64,000 nucleotides of DNA from Candidatus Dormiibacterota bacterium. Lineage in GTDB: Bacteria; Chloroflexota; Dormibacteria; CF-121. The position numbers and the translations under genes are program-made. The notes below the pieces were generated by a model. That model was given only the letters and a program-made list of their open reading frames with translations, had not been told where the DNA came from and did no database searches. The DNA is taken from contig DATCOB010000082.1 in NCBI GenBank assembly GCA_036564925.1, positions 149 to 64,148 of the forward strand, given 5' to 3'. This document shows positions 8,851-19,068 of the stretch, in pieces (positions within the stretch are counted from its first letter, which is position 1; every line of letters begins with the position of its first letter).

Positions 8851-10025
8851 CAGGCGTGGGCCCCCTGGAGCCGCTTGAGGCGGTCCGCGGCTCGCCGAAG
8901 CGTATCCATCTTCTTGGGAAATGAGAATCGGATCTGGTGGCGCCCCCGCTCGGGTTCCAGGTAGAAGCTACTTCCCGGCACCGTCGCTAAGCCGATCTCG
9001 CGGACCATCCGATGGGCCAGGGTCACGTCGTCCTCGCCGAACCGGCCGATGTCGGTCATCACGTAGTAGGCCCCGTCCGGCGGATAGCTCCGAAAGCCGG
9101 CCTCATCCAGGATCTCCAGCATGAAGTCGCGCCGCTCCCGGTAAGCGTGAAGCAGGTCGACGTAGTAGCTGTCCGGAAAAGCCAGGGCCGTCGCCGCCGC
9201 GATCTGGAGGGGATGGGGCGCGCCCACGGTCACGAAGTCGTGCACCTTCCGGATGGCCTGCGTCATGGATTGCGGGGCGATGGTATAGGCGAGGCGCCAG
9301 CCTGTCACGCTGTACGTTTTCGAGAGGCCGCTGATGGTGACGGTCCGTTCACGCATCCCGTCGATGGTCGCCAGGCTGACGTGCTCGCCGCGGTAGACCA
9401 GGTGCTCGTAGATCTCGTCCGTGACGGCGAGGACGTCGAATTCCTGGCAGAGCGAGGCGATGTACTCCAGCTCATTTCGGCTGTAGACCTTGCCGGTCGG
9501 GTTATGGGGCGTGTTGATCACGATCGCCCGTGTTCGCGCATTGAAGGTCCGGCGAAGCTGCTCCGGGTCGAAATGCCAGTCAGGCGGAACAAGCGGGACG
9601 GCGACCGGCGTCGCGCCGGAGAGGATACAGTCCGGACCGTAGTTCTCGTAGAAAGGCTCGAAGATGATCACTTCGTCGCCAGGGTCGACGAGCGCAAGGA
9701 CGGTGGACAGCATGGCTTCGGTGACCCCGCAGCAGACGGTGATCTCGGTTTCGGTGTCGACCTCGATGCCCCTGAAATGCTGGGTCTTTTTTGCGATGGC
9801 GTCGCGCATGACCTTGGCACCCCAGGTGGTGGCGTACTGGTTGAAGTCCGCTCGGATCGCGTCGACTGCTGCTTCTTTCAAGTCGGCGGGCGCCGAAAAG
9901 TCGGGAAAGCCCTGCGCCAGGTTCAGGCAATCGGCGCCGTGCTGGGTCACGCACATGCGGGTCATCTCGCGGATCACCGACTCGCTGAACAACATCGACT
10001 TCCTCGACGCCACGCTTTTCGTCAC
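8850..10025 (-). CDS. Class I/II PLP aminotransferase (YbdL/DapC-like)
   Basis: LNLAQGFPDF, NTPHNPTGKV, DEIY and SKTYSVTGWRL motifs. Confidence 0.93.
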   Translation of the reverse strand: MTKSVASRKSMLFSESVIREMTRMCVTQHGADCLNLAQGFPDFSAPADLKEAAVDAIRADFNQYATTWGAKVMRDAIAKKTQHFRGIEVDTETEITVCCGVTEAMLSTVLALVDPGDEVIIFEPFYENYGPDCILSGATPVAVPLVPPDWHFDPEQLRRTFNARTRAIVINTPHNPTGKVYSRNELEYIASLCQEFDVLAVTDEIYEHLVYRGEHVSLATIDGMRERTVTISGLSKTYSVTGWRLAYTIAPQSMTQAIRKVHDFVTVGAPHPLQIAAATALAFPDSYYVDLLHAYRERRDFMLEILDEAGFRSYPPDGAYYVMTDIGRFGEDDVTLAHRMVREIGLATVPGSSFYLEPERGRHQIRFSFPKKMDTLRRAADRLKRLQGAHA

Positions 10026-10043
10026 ATAACTAGAATGCCAGAA

Positions 10044-11213
10044 GTGTCGGCAGGCAAACTCCCGGTCGATGGCGTCTCGGCCTTTCGCCGACAGTTCCCA
10101 ATCTTCGAGGAGAAGGTTTATCTGAGCAGTTGCTCGCAGGGGGCGCTGTCACGCCCGGTTGAGTCAGCCCTGAAGGAGTTCATCCAGTCCTGGCACACCC
10201 ACGGCAACCCCTGGGAAATCTGGGTCGGCGAGATGGAGAAGCTCCGGGAGCAGTTCGCGCGCCTCATCAATGCCCGTTCCGCGGAGGTCGCCGTGACCTT
10301 CTCCGTGTCGACCGCCCTGAATTCGCTGGCCAGCGCGCTGGACTATCGCGAGCGTGCCACGGTGGTCACCAGCGACTTCGATTTCCCCACCGTCGGGCAG
10401 ATCTGTCTCGCGCAGCAGCGACGTGGCGCCCACGTCACCTATGCCAGGGCGCAGGGGCGGCGTCTCCCCCTGACATCGTTCGAGGCGGTCGTCGACCACC
10501 AGACAGCCCTGGTGGCCACCACGCATGTCTGCTACAAGAACGGTTTCAAAACCAACGTGGCCGCCCTGGCGGAGCTGGCTCACGAACGCGGCGCGTACCT
10601 GCTCATCGACGCCTACCAGAGCATGGGTACGCAGCCGATGGACGTGAAAGCGCTCGACCTGGACTTTCTCGTCACCGGGGCCCTCAAGTACCTGCTCGGG
10701 GCGCCCGGGGTCGGCTTCATGTACGTTCGAGAGGACTTGATCGAGCGCTTCGAGCCATCCGACTCCGGTTGGTTCGGCCAGGAGAACGTCTTCGCGTATG
10801 ACGTGCACCACCTCCAGTACGCGAAAACGGCGCGCCGCTTTGAAACGGGCTCGCCTCCAGTCCCGAACGTCTACGCGTCGCTCGCGGCCCTACGCCTGAT
10901 CGAGGAGGTCGGACTGGCGCCCATCCAGGCCCACGTGCAGGAACTGGCCGGACGCTTAATCCGGGGCGTCAAGGCCCGCGGCCTCGACCTCCTGACTCCA
11001 GAAGAACCCGCCGAGCGTGGGCCCCTCGTCATGGTGAACTCGACCGACGCTCCAAAACTCGTCGACGCCCTGGCGCGGGACGGCATCCTCTGCTCCACCC
11101 GAGACGGCGCCTTGCGGGTCTCCCTTCACTACTACAACACGCCCGCCGACGTCGAGGCCGTCCTTGGCGCCCTTGACCGCCACCCGGAGCTCCTCCGGAA
11201 GTCGGCCGATTAG
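10044..11213 (+). CDS. Class V PLP enzyme (kynureninase/epimerase-like, no desulfurase Cys motif)
   Basis: DAYQSMG, GALKYLLG, FETGSP and RVSLHYYN motifs. The ORF-track start at 9012 is a shadow extension; the start is GTG 10044 or ATG 10035. Confidence 0.85.
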   Translation: MSAGKLPVDGVSAFRRQFPIFEEKVYLSSCSQGALSRPVESALKEFIQSWHTHGNPWEIWVGEMEKLREQFARLINARSAEVAVTFSVSTALNSLASALDYRERATVVTSDFDFPTVGQICLAQQRRGAHVTYARAQGRRLPLTSFEAVVDHQTALVATTHVCYKNGFKTNVAALAELAHERGAYLLIDAYQSMGTQPMDVKALDLDFLVTGALKYLLGAPGVGFMYVREDLIERFEPSDSGWFGQENVFAYDVHHLQYAKTARRFETGSPPVPNVYASLAALRLIEEVGLAPIQAHVQELAGRLIRGVKARGLDLLTPEEPAERGPLVMVNSTDAPKLVDALARDGILCSTRDGALRVSLHYYNTPADVEAVLGALDRHPELLRKSAD

Positions 11214-11229
11214 AAAGCGTTGGCTACAG

Positions 11230-11258
11230 TTGCTCTCCGTGAGGCAACCGTGTATAAA
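11230..11258 (+). promoter_or_regulatory. sigma70-type promoter TTGCTC-N17-TATAAA
   Basis: 17-nt spacing, 52 nt upstream of the SBP start; an inverted repeat GTTGC...GCAAC overlaps the -35. Confidence 0.55.
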
Positions 11259-11310
11259 GAGCGAACCGAATTTAGGTCTGTAACGAAGGGAGAGGAGGTC
11301 GACAAGGAAG

Positions 11311-12507
11311 ATGGGTAAGCCCAGGATTCTTGTGTTCGCCGCCATGGCCAGCGTCGGGCTGGCGGCATGCGGCGGAGGCAATGGCAACGGCGGTGGCGCG
11401 ACGCAAAACGCGCCCACGAAGGTCCAGATCGCGGCGGAGGGACCATTCACCGGTGACGAGGCCTCGATCGGGGCCGGCGCCCTCCAGGCGATCAAGCTCG
11501 CGGTGAAGGACTTCAACAACAAAGGCGGTGTCCACGGGACGAAGGTGGACCTGGTCGTCTGGGACGATCAACACAGCGCCCAGACCGCCCAGACGCTCCA
11601 GGCACAGGGGATCTCGGATCCCACGCTGCTCGGGATTGTCGGCCCGATGAACTCGGGCGTCGTGCTGGGCTCGGTCCAGGGTCTCCAGAGCGCCAGCCCG
11701 CCGCTTCCCTTTGTCAGCGAATCCGCGTCCAACGTCAAGGTGACCGACTCGGGCAACAGCGTCGCCCATCGGGTCAATGCCCGCGACGACGCCCAGGGGC
11801 CGGCCGATGGCAAGTTCCTGATCGACAAGGGCGCCAGGAAGGTCGAGGTCCTGGACGCCAAGTCGGACTATTCGACCGCGCTGGCCGACCAGACCCAGAA
11901 ATACCTTTCCGATCACAATATCCCCTTCCAGCGGGACAGCGCCAAGGCCGGTCAGACGGACTTCGGCACCATCATCACCAAGATCAAGTCCTTCGGCGCC
12001 GACTGGGTCTACTTTGCCGACGAAGGTCCGGAGACGGCACCGTTCGTGTCCCAGATGAAGCAGCAGGGCCTGACCATCGGTCAGAACATCCAGTTCCTCG
12101 GCACCGATGGCGAGGAGGATCCCTCGATCATCCAGAAGTCACAGGGGGCCTACGTCGGCGCGTATGCCACCAACATCACCGCCGATCCGGCCGGGGTGTC
12201 GTCGGCCGCGGGCTACGTGACGGAATTCAAGAACGAGTACGGCGCCGATTCCGTCAGCAAGGCTGGCCCCTTCTACGGCTCTGCCTACGAGGCGGCGCAG
12301 ACGTTGCTGCAGGCGATCAGCAACGCGCCCGTGAACAATGGGAAGATCTCGCGTAACGACGTCATCAGCCATCTTGGCAGCGATTCGTTCAACACCATCT
12401 TCGGGACGGTGAAATTCAACGCCAAGGGCGATGTCCAGGGCGGCGGTATCTACGTCTACCAGGCGAAGGGTAGCGACATGGTGGTCATCGGGCCAGTCTC
12501 CGGCTAA
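11311..12507 (+). CDS. livK: Branched-chain amino acid ABC transporter substrate-binding lipoprotein
   Basis: Lipobox LAAC, GPFTG, DDQ, GPMNSG and FNAKGD motifs; first gene of a liv operon. Confidence 0.9.
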   Translation: MGKPRILVFAAMASVGLAACGGGNGNGGGATQNAPTKVQIAAEGPFTGDEASIGAGALQAIKLAVKDFNNKGGVHGTKVDLVVWDDQHSAQTAQTLQAQGISDPTLLGIVGPMNSGVVLGSVQGLQSASPPLPFVSESASNVKVTDSGNSVAHRVNARDDAQGPADGKFLIDKGARKVEVLDAKSDYSTALADQTQKYLSDHNIPFQRDSAKAGQTDFGTIITKIKSFGADWVYFADEGPETAPFVSQMKQQGLTIGQNIQFLGTDGEEDPSIIQKSQGAYVGAYATNITADPAGVSSAAGYVTEFKNEYGADSVSKAGPFYGSAYEAAQTLLQAISNAPVNNGKISRNDVISHLGSDSFNTIFGTVKFNAKGDVQGGGIYVYQAKGSDMVVIGPVSG

Positions 12508-12521
12508 GGAGTAGAAAGCGA

Positions 12522-12544
12522 GGGGGACGGGCAGTCCGTCCCCC
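12522..12544 (+). other. Intercistronic stem-loop after the SBP gene
   Basis: GGGGGACGGG-CAG-TCCGTCCCCC with no U tract; this position is typical of an mRNA-stabilising hairpin. Confidence 0.55.
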
Positions 12545-12555
12545 CCGATGCTGCA

Positions 12556-13482
12556 GTGGAGTACTTTCTCCAGAACTTTCCCCAGCAGCTCGTCAACGGG
12601 CTCGAGACCGGGAGTCTCTACGCCCTGATCGCCCTCGGCTACACGCTGATCTACGGCATCCTCGAAATGCTCAACTTCGCCCACGGGGACGTCTTCATGG
12701 TGGGCGGCTTCCTTGCCGCCGGCGTGACCGCCGTCCTCGTCCATTCGGGCGTGGCCTCGGTCCCTGGTGTCCTCGTAGTGATCTTGATGATGGCGTTCGC
12801 CATGGGCGGGACGGGACTCCTGGGGGTCGGCATCGAGCGGATCGCCTACCGGCCGCTCCGAAACGCCAACCGGCTCGCGCCCCTGATCACCGCGATCGGC
12901 GTCTCGCTCTTTCTAGAGAGCCTGGTCCAGGTCTGGATCAGCCCGGCGCCCGTCCTGGTGCCAAACAATGCGATCGTCTCGCAAGCCGTGGTCCACCTCG
13001 GCAACGTCGAAACGCCGCTTACCGGCGTGATCCTTTTCCTGGTATCGGTCGGCCTCATGCTCGCACTGGATCGGTTCGTGTTCGGCACGCGGTTCGGCAG
13101 CGCGATGCGGGCCACGGCGCAGGACCGGGAGGCGGCCACCTTCATGGGGATCGACGTTGACCGGGTCATCATGGTGACCTTCTTCCTCGCCTCGGCGCTG
13201 GCCGGTATGGGCGGCGTGCTCTTCGGCTTGCGTTTCGCCACGGTCAACTTTTTCATGGGCTACCTGCTTGGCATCAAGGCGTTCACCGCGGCGGTGATCG
13301 GGGGGATCGGGAACCTTCGGGGCGCGATGGTGGGTGGGCTCTTGCTCGGGGTCCTGGAAAGCCTCGGTGGTGGCTTCATCAGCACCGAGTTTCAGGATGC
13401 CTTCGCCTTCCTCGCGCTGATCGTGGTGCTGTTGGTACGGCCGCAGGGCCTGTTCGGCCAGCCCCTGACGGACCGCGCATGA
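12556..13482 (+). CDS. livH: Branched-chain amino acid ABC permease
   Basis: QQLVNGL, ALGYTLIYGI, NFAHG and KAFTAAVIGGIG motifs. Confidence 0.95.
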   Translation: MEYFLQNFPQQLVNGLETGSLYALIALGYTLIYGILEMLNFAHGDVFMVGGFLAAGVTAVLVHSGVASVPGVLVVILMMAFAMGGTGLLGVGIERIAYRPLRNANRLAPLITAIGVSLFLESLVQVWISPAPVLVPNNAIVSQAVVHLGNVETPLTGVILFLVSVGLMLALDRFVFGTRFGSAMRATAQDREAATFMGIDVDRVIMVTFFLASALAGMGGVLFGLRFATVNFFMGYLLGIKAFTAAVIGGIGNLRGAMVGGLLLGVLESLGGGFISTEFQDAFAFLALIVVLLVRPQGLFGQPLTDRA

Positions 13483-14738
13483 ACCCCCCGGGGACCGCGG
13501 AACCGCCCGCGATCGAGGAGGAGCCGACCCCGCGCCAGCGGGTGTGGGAGTCCGGCCCGGCAGGATGGAACCAGGCCCTCACCCGTCCGCAGGTGCTGAT
13601 CCCGTTCTTTGTCATCGCGGCGGCGGTGCCCCTCGTCCTGCAGGCGATCGAGGACAACTCCAGTTGGATCGGAGCCCAGTTCTGGACGACCATCCTGGCC
13701 AACTGCGCGATGTATGCCTGCCTGGCGATCAGCCTGAACCTGGTCGTCGGATACGCGGGGTTGCTGAACCTCGGCTTCATTGCCTTCTTTGGCATCGGGT
13801 CCTACGCTTACGCGCTGGTTGCCAGCGACCAGCTCAACCAGCACTACCCCCTGTGGGCGGCGCTGATCGTCGTGATCCTTGTCACCCTGGCCTTCGCGCT
13901 ACTCGTGGGCGTCCCGGCGCTGCGGCTACGGGGCGACTACCTGGCCATCGTGACGCTCGGATTCGGGCTCATCATGCGCGATCTGATCCTGGACCTGGAC
14001 CGCCCACCTGTTTTGGCCGGACACCAGTTCGGGCCGAGTGGCCTGAATCTCACCGGCGGGACCAACGGGATCCACCAGGTCGATCCCTTCAAGTTGCCGG
14101 CGAGCCTTCCGGTGATCGGGCCGGTCCCACACTTCGTCATGTACTACTGGCTCTTTATCGGCTTTCTCGCCCTCTGCGTCTTTTGCATGTTGCGCTGGCG
14201 GAACACGCGGACGGGACGGGCCTGGGTGGCCATCCGAGAAGATGAGCTCGCGGCGCGGGCGATGGGAGTCAACACCTTCAAATACCGGTTGCTCGCCTTC
14301 ACCGTCAGCGCCGTCATGGCGGGGATCGTCGGGATGATCGATGCGGCGTTCATCTTCAACGCCTTTCCCGGGAACTTCGATGTGCAGCAGACGGTGATGG
14401 TGTTCATCATGGTGATCCTGGGCGGCCTCGGGAGCATCCCGGGCGCCATCCTCGGTGCGGTGGCCTTTACCGTGCCCCCGTTCCTACTTCAACAATTCGT
14501 CTTTATCAAGTACCTGATCATCAGCATCGTCTTGATCGCCGTCATGGTGTTCCGTCCGGAGGGCCTGCTCGGCACCGTCTCCATCCGACCACGCAAGGTC
14601 ATGGGTGGGACCATCGAGCTCTTCACGTCGGATGCCGATGCCCGCGGTCCGGGTCCGGCTCCGGGTGCAAGCGGCCGCGCGGCGGACCTGGAGGCGACGG
14701 CGGGCGCGATCGTGCCGCCCTCCGAGCCGCCGCCATGA
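13479..14738 (+). CDS. livM: Branched-chain amino acid ABC permease
   Basis: LNLVVGYAGLLNLG, LRLRGDYLAIVTLGF and AIREDELAA motifs. Confidence 0.95.
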   Translation: MNPPGTAEPPAIEEEPTPRQRVWESGPAGWNQALTRPQVLIPFFVIAAAVPLVLQAIEDNSSWIGAQFWTTILANCAMYACLAISLNLVVGYAGLLNLGFIAFFGIGSYAYALVASDQLNQHYPLWAALIVVILVTLAFALLVGVPALRLRGDYLAIVTLGFGLIMRDLILDLDRPPVLAGHQFGPSGLNLTGGTNGIHQVDPFKLPASLPVIGPVPHFVMYYWLFIGFLALCVFCMLRWRNTRTGRAWVAIREDELAARAMGVNTFKYRLLAFTVSAVMAGIVGMIDAAFIFNAFPGNFDVQQTVMVFIMVILGGLGSIPGAILGAVAFTVPPFLLQQFVFIKYLIISIVLIAVMVFRPEGLLGTVSIRPRKVMGGTIELFTSDADARGPGPAPGASGRAADLEATAGAIVPPSEPPP

Positions 14739-15523
14739 CCGGCCCGACGCCGGTTCTCCAGGTGCGGGGATTAGGTCGTCGCTTCGGCGGGCTGACGGCC
14801 GTCGATGGTCTCGATCTGGAGATCAGTGAGGGCGAGATCGTGAGCCTGGTCGGGCCCAATGGCGCGGGCAAGACAACGGTCTTCAACCTGATCTCGGGGG
14901 TGCTCCAGCCGACCGCCGGCTCGATCCGGCTGCTGGGCCAGGAACTGGTCGGGACGCCACCGCACCGGATCACGCATCATGGGATCGCGCGGACCTTTCA
15001 GAACATCCGGGTCTTCCCGCAGCTGACCGTCCGTGAAAATATCCTGCTCGGCACCCATCACTGGACCAGGAGCGGAATGCTGGGCTCGGTCACGTTCTGG
15101 CCATCCACGATTCGAGCAGAGAAAGCGGCCCAGGCGGAAGTCGATAAAGCAATCGCGCTCTTTCGCGAGCGCCTCGAGCCCCGGTTGGACGACCCGGCCT
15201 TCAGCCTGTCGTACGCCAACCGGCGGCGGACCGAAATGGCCCGCGCCCTGGCGGCGCGACCGAAACTCCTGCTGCTCGACGAACCGGCCGCGGGGATGAA
15301 CCCCTACGAGCGGCTTGAGATCGCGGGGCTGATCAGATCGATGCGTGAGCAGGGCTTGACCATTTTCCTGATCGAGCACCACATGCCACTGGTGATGGAG
15401 ATCTCCGATCGAGTCGTGGTGATGGACCATGGCGTCAAGATCGCCGAGGGCCTGCCAAAGGAGGTCCATAGCAATCCAAAAGTGGTCGAAGCCTACCTCG
15501 GACGACGCGCCGCGAGTGCCTGA
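14735..15523 (+). CDS. livG: Branched-chain amino acid ABC ATPase
   Basis: GPNGAGKTT, ARTFQNIR, LSY, LLDEPAAG and EAYLG motifs. Confidence 0.95.
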   Translation: MTGPTPVLQVRGLGRRFGGLTAVDGLDLEISEGEIVSLVGPNGAGKTTVFNLISGVLQPTAGSIRLLGQELVGTPPHRITHHGIARTFQNIRVFPQLTVRENILLGTHHWTRSGMLGSVTFWPSTIRAEKAAQAEVDKAIALFRERLEPRLDDPAFSLSYANRRRTEMARALAARPKLLLLDEPAAGMNPYERLEIAGLIRSMREQGLTIFLIEHHMPLVMEISDRVVVMDHGVKIAEGLPKEVHSNPKVVEAYLGRRAASA

Positions 15524-16256
15524 CCCGCCCGTGGCCGCCGGAGAGCCGGTCGTCCTGCGACTCGAGCACATCAACGTCCGCTACGGCGCCGTGCCCGCCC
15601 TGCGTGACGTCACGATGGAGGTCCGCCGCGGGGAAATCGTCTGCCTGTTGGGCGGCAATGCCTCAGGGAAGTCGACGACGATGAAAGCGGTCATCGGGGC
15701 CATTCGGTGTACGGACGGCTCCGTTTTGTACGACGGCCAGGACATCACCAACTGGACCACGTCGCGACGGGTCGCCCATGGCATCGCCATCGTGCCGGAA
15801 GCCCGCCGGATCTTTCCGCGATTGACCGTCATGGAGAACCTGCTGATGGGTGCCTTTACCCGGCGCGATCGGATCGAGATCGATGCGGACCTCGAACGCG
15901 TGCTCGACATGTTTCCACGACTACGAGAACGCCGCACCCAACGGGGGGGAACGATGTCGGGAGGCGAGCAGCAGATGCTGGCGATGGCCCGTGCCCTGAT
16001 GTCTCGGCCACGCTTCCTCTGCATGGATGAGCCGTCCATGGGTTTGGCGCCGGTCCTGGTGGAGCAACAGTTCGAGACGATTCAGCGGCTGAACCAGACC
16101 GGCATCACGATCTTCGTCGTCGAGCAGAACGCCACCATGGCGCTGGCGATCGCCGACCGCGGCTACGTGTTGCAAAGCGGAAAGGTCGTGCTGGCCGACA
16201 CGGCGGCGAACCTGCTGCAGAATCCGCAGATGCGGCGGGCCTACCTGGGGATATAG
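15516..16256 (+). CDS. livF: Branched-chain amino acid ABC ATPase
   Basis: GGNASGKST, MSGGEQQMLA, DEPSMGLAP and VEQN motifs. Confidence 0.95.
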   Translation: MPDPPVAAGEPVVLRLEHINVRYGAVPALRDVTMEVRRGEIVCLLGGNASGKSTTMKAVIGAIRCTDGSVLYDGQDITNWTTSRRVAHGIAIVPEARRIFPRLTVMENLLMGAFTRRDRIEIDADLERVLDMFPRLRERRTQRGGTMSGGEQQMLAMARALMSRPRFLCMDEPSMGLAPVLVEQQFETIQRLNQTGITIFVVEQNATMALAIADRGYVLQSGKVVLADTAANLLQNPQMRRAYLGI

Positions 16257-16257
16257 G

Positions 16258-17040
16258 TCAGGCTGGCGCCAGCTTCGCCTCTGGTGAGCCGGCGGGCGAG
16301 AAGGCTCCGAGTACCTTCATGTGGGCGGTGCCGGTGTTTTCGAGCGTGTGCCGAACCCCGATCGGGAAGAACACCACGGAGCCGGGACGCAGCTCGCCAA
16401 CGGCCTCGTCACCCACCCAGAGCCGGCCGCTGCCCTCGAGGATGTAGACGGCCTCCTCGTGGGGGTGGGCATGAAGCGGGGCGCGTCCCGTGAGGATGAT
16501 GCCGGTGAACTGCGTCATCTGGCGGCAGCCGACCTCCGGGTTCACCAGCACGCGAAAGCTTCGCTCACCCATGAGTGTCGGGGTGACGCGCTGCTCGTCC
16601 ATCAGCCTGGGTCTGACGAAGGCCTCGCTGACGCCGGCGCCCGCCAGCGCCGCCGTCATGTCCAGCGACGGCATCACGGGGCGGATTGAGCCGGCGTCGA
16701 TCGGAGGGGCCATCGCTCCAACCAGGGTAAGGGGCGCCTGACCGGGGTTTTCGTAGCTGTGCTCGGCCGCCTCGGGCACGAAGACCGCGTGACCGCGGCT
16801 CACATCGTGCCGCGAGCCCGCGACGGTGATCCGGCCCAGCCCATCCACGACATAGAGCGATTCCTCCGCGCCGTCGTGGGCATGACTGACGACCTGCCCG
16901 GGATCGATGACGAGCCGGTAGGACATGATGTGGACGGCCCCGAGCCGCTGGTCGACCAGCCATTGCAGCGTGCCACCTGAGACGGGACGGCGCTCGACCT
17001 CGCTTTCGTGGAGTAACCGGGCGGCGTGGGTGACCGACAT
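16258..17040 (-). CDS. Tandem cupin-domain protein
   Basis: Two cupin motifs, HAHDGAEE...H and HAHPHEE...H. Confidence 0.85.
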   Translation of the reverse strand: MSVTHAARLLHESEVERRPVSGGTLQWLVDQRLGAVHIMSYRLVIDPGQVVSHAHDGAEESLYVVDGLGRITVAGSRHDVSRGHAVFVPEAAEHSYENPGQAPLTLVGAMAPPIDAGSIRPVMPSLDMTAALAGAGVSEAFVRPRLMDEQRVTPTLMGERSFRVLVNPEVGCRQMTQFTGIILTGRAPLHAHPHEEAVYILEGSGRLWVGDEAVGELRPGSVVFFPIGVRHTLENTGTAHMKVLGAFSPAGSPEAKLAPA

Positions 17041-17095
17041 GGCCGTGTCGCCGATGATAACAATGGCAAACCCGTACCATCTGAAAAGAAGAGGG

Positions 17096-18073
17096 ATGCA
17101 GTACCGTTTGTTCGGGCGGAGCGGGATGCGCGTCTCGGTCCTTGGGCTGGGTTGTGGGGGATTTGGCGGGGTCGGCTCGGCCCCCGATCTATTCGGAAAG
17201 GGCGAGGACAAAGACACGGCGTTTGCCCTGATGGACCGAGCCTGGCAGGCTGGGATCAACTATTTCGACACCGCCAATACGTATGGTGGCGGGGCGTCGG
17301 AGACCATGATCGGGTCGTGGCTCAAGGAGCGGAAGCTTCGCGACCAGCTGGTGCTCTCGAGCAAGGTGTTTTACGCGACAGGCGAGGGTCCGAACGATCG
17401 CGGGCTCTCGCGCCGTCACATCATGCAGGCGATCGACGCCAGCCTTCGGCGCTTGCAGACTGACTACCTCGACCTGTACGTCATCATGGAGCCGGATCCG
17501 GACACGCCGATGGATGAGACATTGCGGGCGTTCGAGGACCTGATTCGCGCCGGCAAGGTCCGCTACATCGGTGCCAGCAACATCGCCGCCTGGCGGCTCT
17601 GCAAGGCGCTGTGGGTCAGCGACCGCTTGAACCTTCATCGCTTCGAATCTGTCCAGAATTCGTACAGCTTGCTCGACCGGGCGGTGGAGGCGGAGGTGCT
17701 TCCGCTCGCGGCGGACCAGCAACTCGCCGTGACGCCGTTCAGCCCCACGGCGGGCGGGTTCCTGACGGGCAAGTACCGGCTCGGCGTGCCGCCGCCGCAA
17801 GGCTCACGATTGACGTTGCGGCCCGAGCCGTACCAGCACTTGATGAATGACACGACCTTCCGATCCATCGATGTGCTCCGTGCCGAGGCCCACGAACGCG
17901 GGGTCGATATGGGCGCGCTCGCACTCGCCTGGGTGCTGAGCCATCCGACCGTTACGGCCGCCCTGATCGGACCGCGTCGATTGGAACATTTCGCCCCATG
18001 GCTCGCCGCCGTCGATATTCGTCTCAGCCCGACGGAGCGCGACCAGCTCGCCAGCCGGATGTGGGCGGCCTGA
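17096..18073 (+). CDS. Aldo/keto reductase
   Basis: GINYFDTANTYG, SSKV, SLRRLQTDYLDLY and GKVRYIGASN motifs. Confidence 0.93.
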   Translation: MQYRLFGRSGMRVSVLGLGCGGFGGVGSAPDLFGKGEDKDTAFALMDRAWQAGINYFDTANTYGGGASETMIGSWLKERKLRDQLVLSSKVFYATGEGPNDRGLSRRHIMQAIDASLRRLQTDYLDLYVIMEPDPDTPMDETLRAFEDLIRAGKVRYIGASNIAAWRLCKALWVSDRLNLHRFESVQNSYSLLDRAVEAEVLPLAADQQLAVTPFSPTAGGFLTGKYRLGVPPPQGSRLTLRPEPYQHLMNDTTFRSIDVLRAEAHERGVDMGALALAWVLSHPTVTAALIGPRRLEHFAPWLAAVDIRLSPTERDQLASRMWAA

Positions 18074-19068
18074 TGGAGCTGCTCGTCCTCTCGGCCCGGG
18101 ACGTTGCCGCCCTTCTGCCGATGCGCGACTGCATCGATGTCATGCGCACGGCGCTCGCCGCCCTGGCCAACGGCAAGGCGCTCGTGCCCCTGCGCATGGT
18201 CATGCGGATGCCGGATGGAAGCGGCTTTCTGGGGCTGATGCCGGGGCAGATCTCGGCCGACGGCGGCCAGGATGGCGCGCTCGGGATGAAGGCGGTGTCC
18301 GTCTTTCCCGGCAACGCAGCCAGAGGCATCGACACGCACCAGGGCGCCGTGCTGCTCTTCGAGGCGGAGACCGGCCGGGTCTGCGCCTTGATGGATGGTG
18401 GCGCCATTACGGCCATCCGCACCGCGGCCGTCTCCGGTGTGGCCACGGACCTGCTGGCCCGACCGGACGCCGCCGAGCTGGCCATCCTCGGTACAGGTGT
18501 CCAGGCCCGCTCCCACCTGGAGGCGATCGCCGCGGTCCGTCGGTTGCGCAGGGTCCGCGTCTGGAGTCGCAACGGCGATCACGCTCGTTCGTTTGTCGCG
18601 GAACAGGAGACCGCGTATGACTTCCCGGTCGAGGCCGCCGGCGACCCAGAGGCGGCCGTAAAGGACGCCGATATCGTTGCCACTGTGACGGCGAGTCCAG
18701 AGCCGGTGTTGCGGCGGGCCTGGTTGAAGTCGGGTGTTCACATCAACGCCGTCGGGTCGTCGATTCCAACGGCTCGTGAACTGGACACGGCCACTGTGTC
18801 GGCGGCCAGGCTCTTCGTGGATCGGCGCGAGTCTGCCCTCAACGAGGCAGGTGACCTGCTGATTCCCATCCGCGAGGGGGCCATCAGCGCCGATCACATC
18901 CAGGCCGAGCTCGGGGAGGTGATCATCGGCAGGCATCCCGGGCGCACCTCGGTCGATGACCTGACGCTGTTCAAATCGTTGGGCCTGGCCGTCGAGGATG
19001 TGGCCGCCGCAGCCTTCGTGCTGCAACACGCGCGTAAGACCGGTGCCGGCCATAGAGTGTCGATGTGA
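18073..19068 (+). CDS. Ornithine cyclodeaminase/mu-crystallin family imine reductase
   Basis: TAIRTAAVS, GTGVQA, HINAVG and FKSLGLAVED motifs. Confidence 0.92.
   Translation: MELLVLSARDVAALLPMRDCIDVMRTALAALANGKALVPLRMVMRMPDGSGFLGLMPGQISADGGQDGALGMKAVSVFPGNAARGIDTHQGAVLLFEAETGRVCALMDGGAITAIRTAAVSGVATDLLARPDAAELAILGTGVQARSHLEAIAAVRRLRRVRVWSRNGDHARSFVAEQETAYDFPVEAAGDPEAAVKDADIVATVTASPEPVLRRAWLKSGVHINAVGSSIPTARELDTATVSAARLFVDRRESALNEAGDLLIPIREGAISADHIQAELGEVIIGRHPGRTSVDDLTLFKSLGLAVEDVAAAAFVLQHARKTGAGHRVSM

Noticed and set aside
10044-11213. Cysteine desulfurase call for the class V enzyme
   Set aside because: The catalytic Cys loop is absent and there are no suf/isc neighbours.
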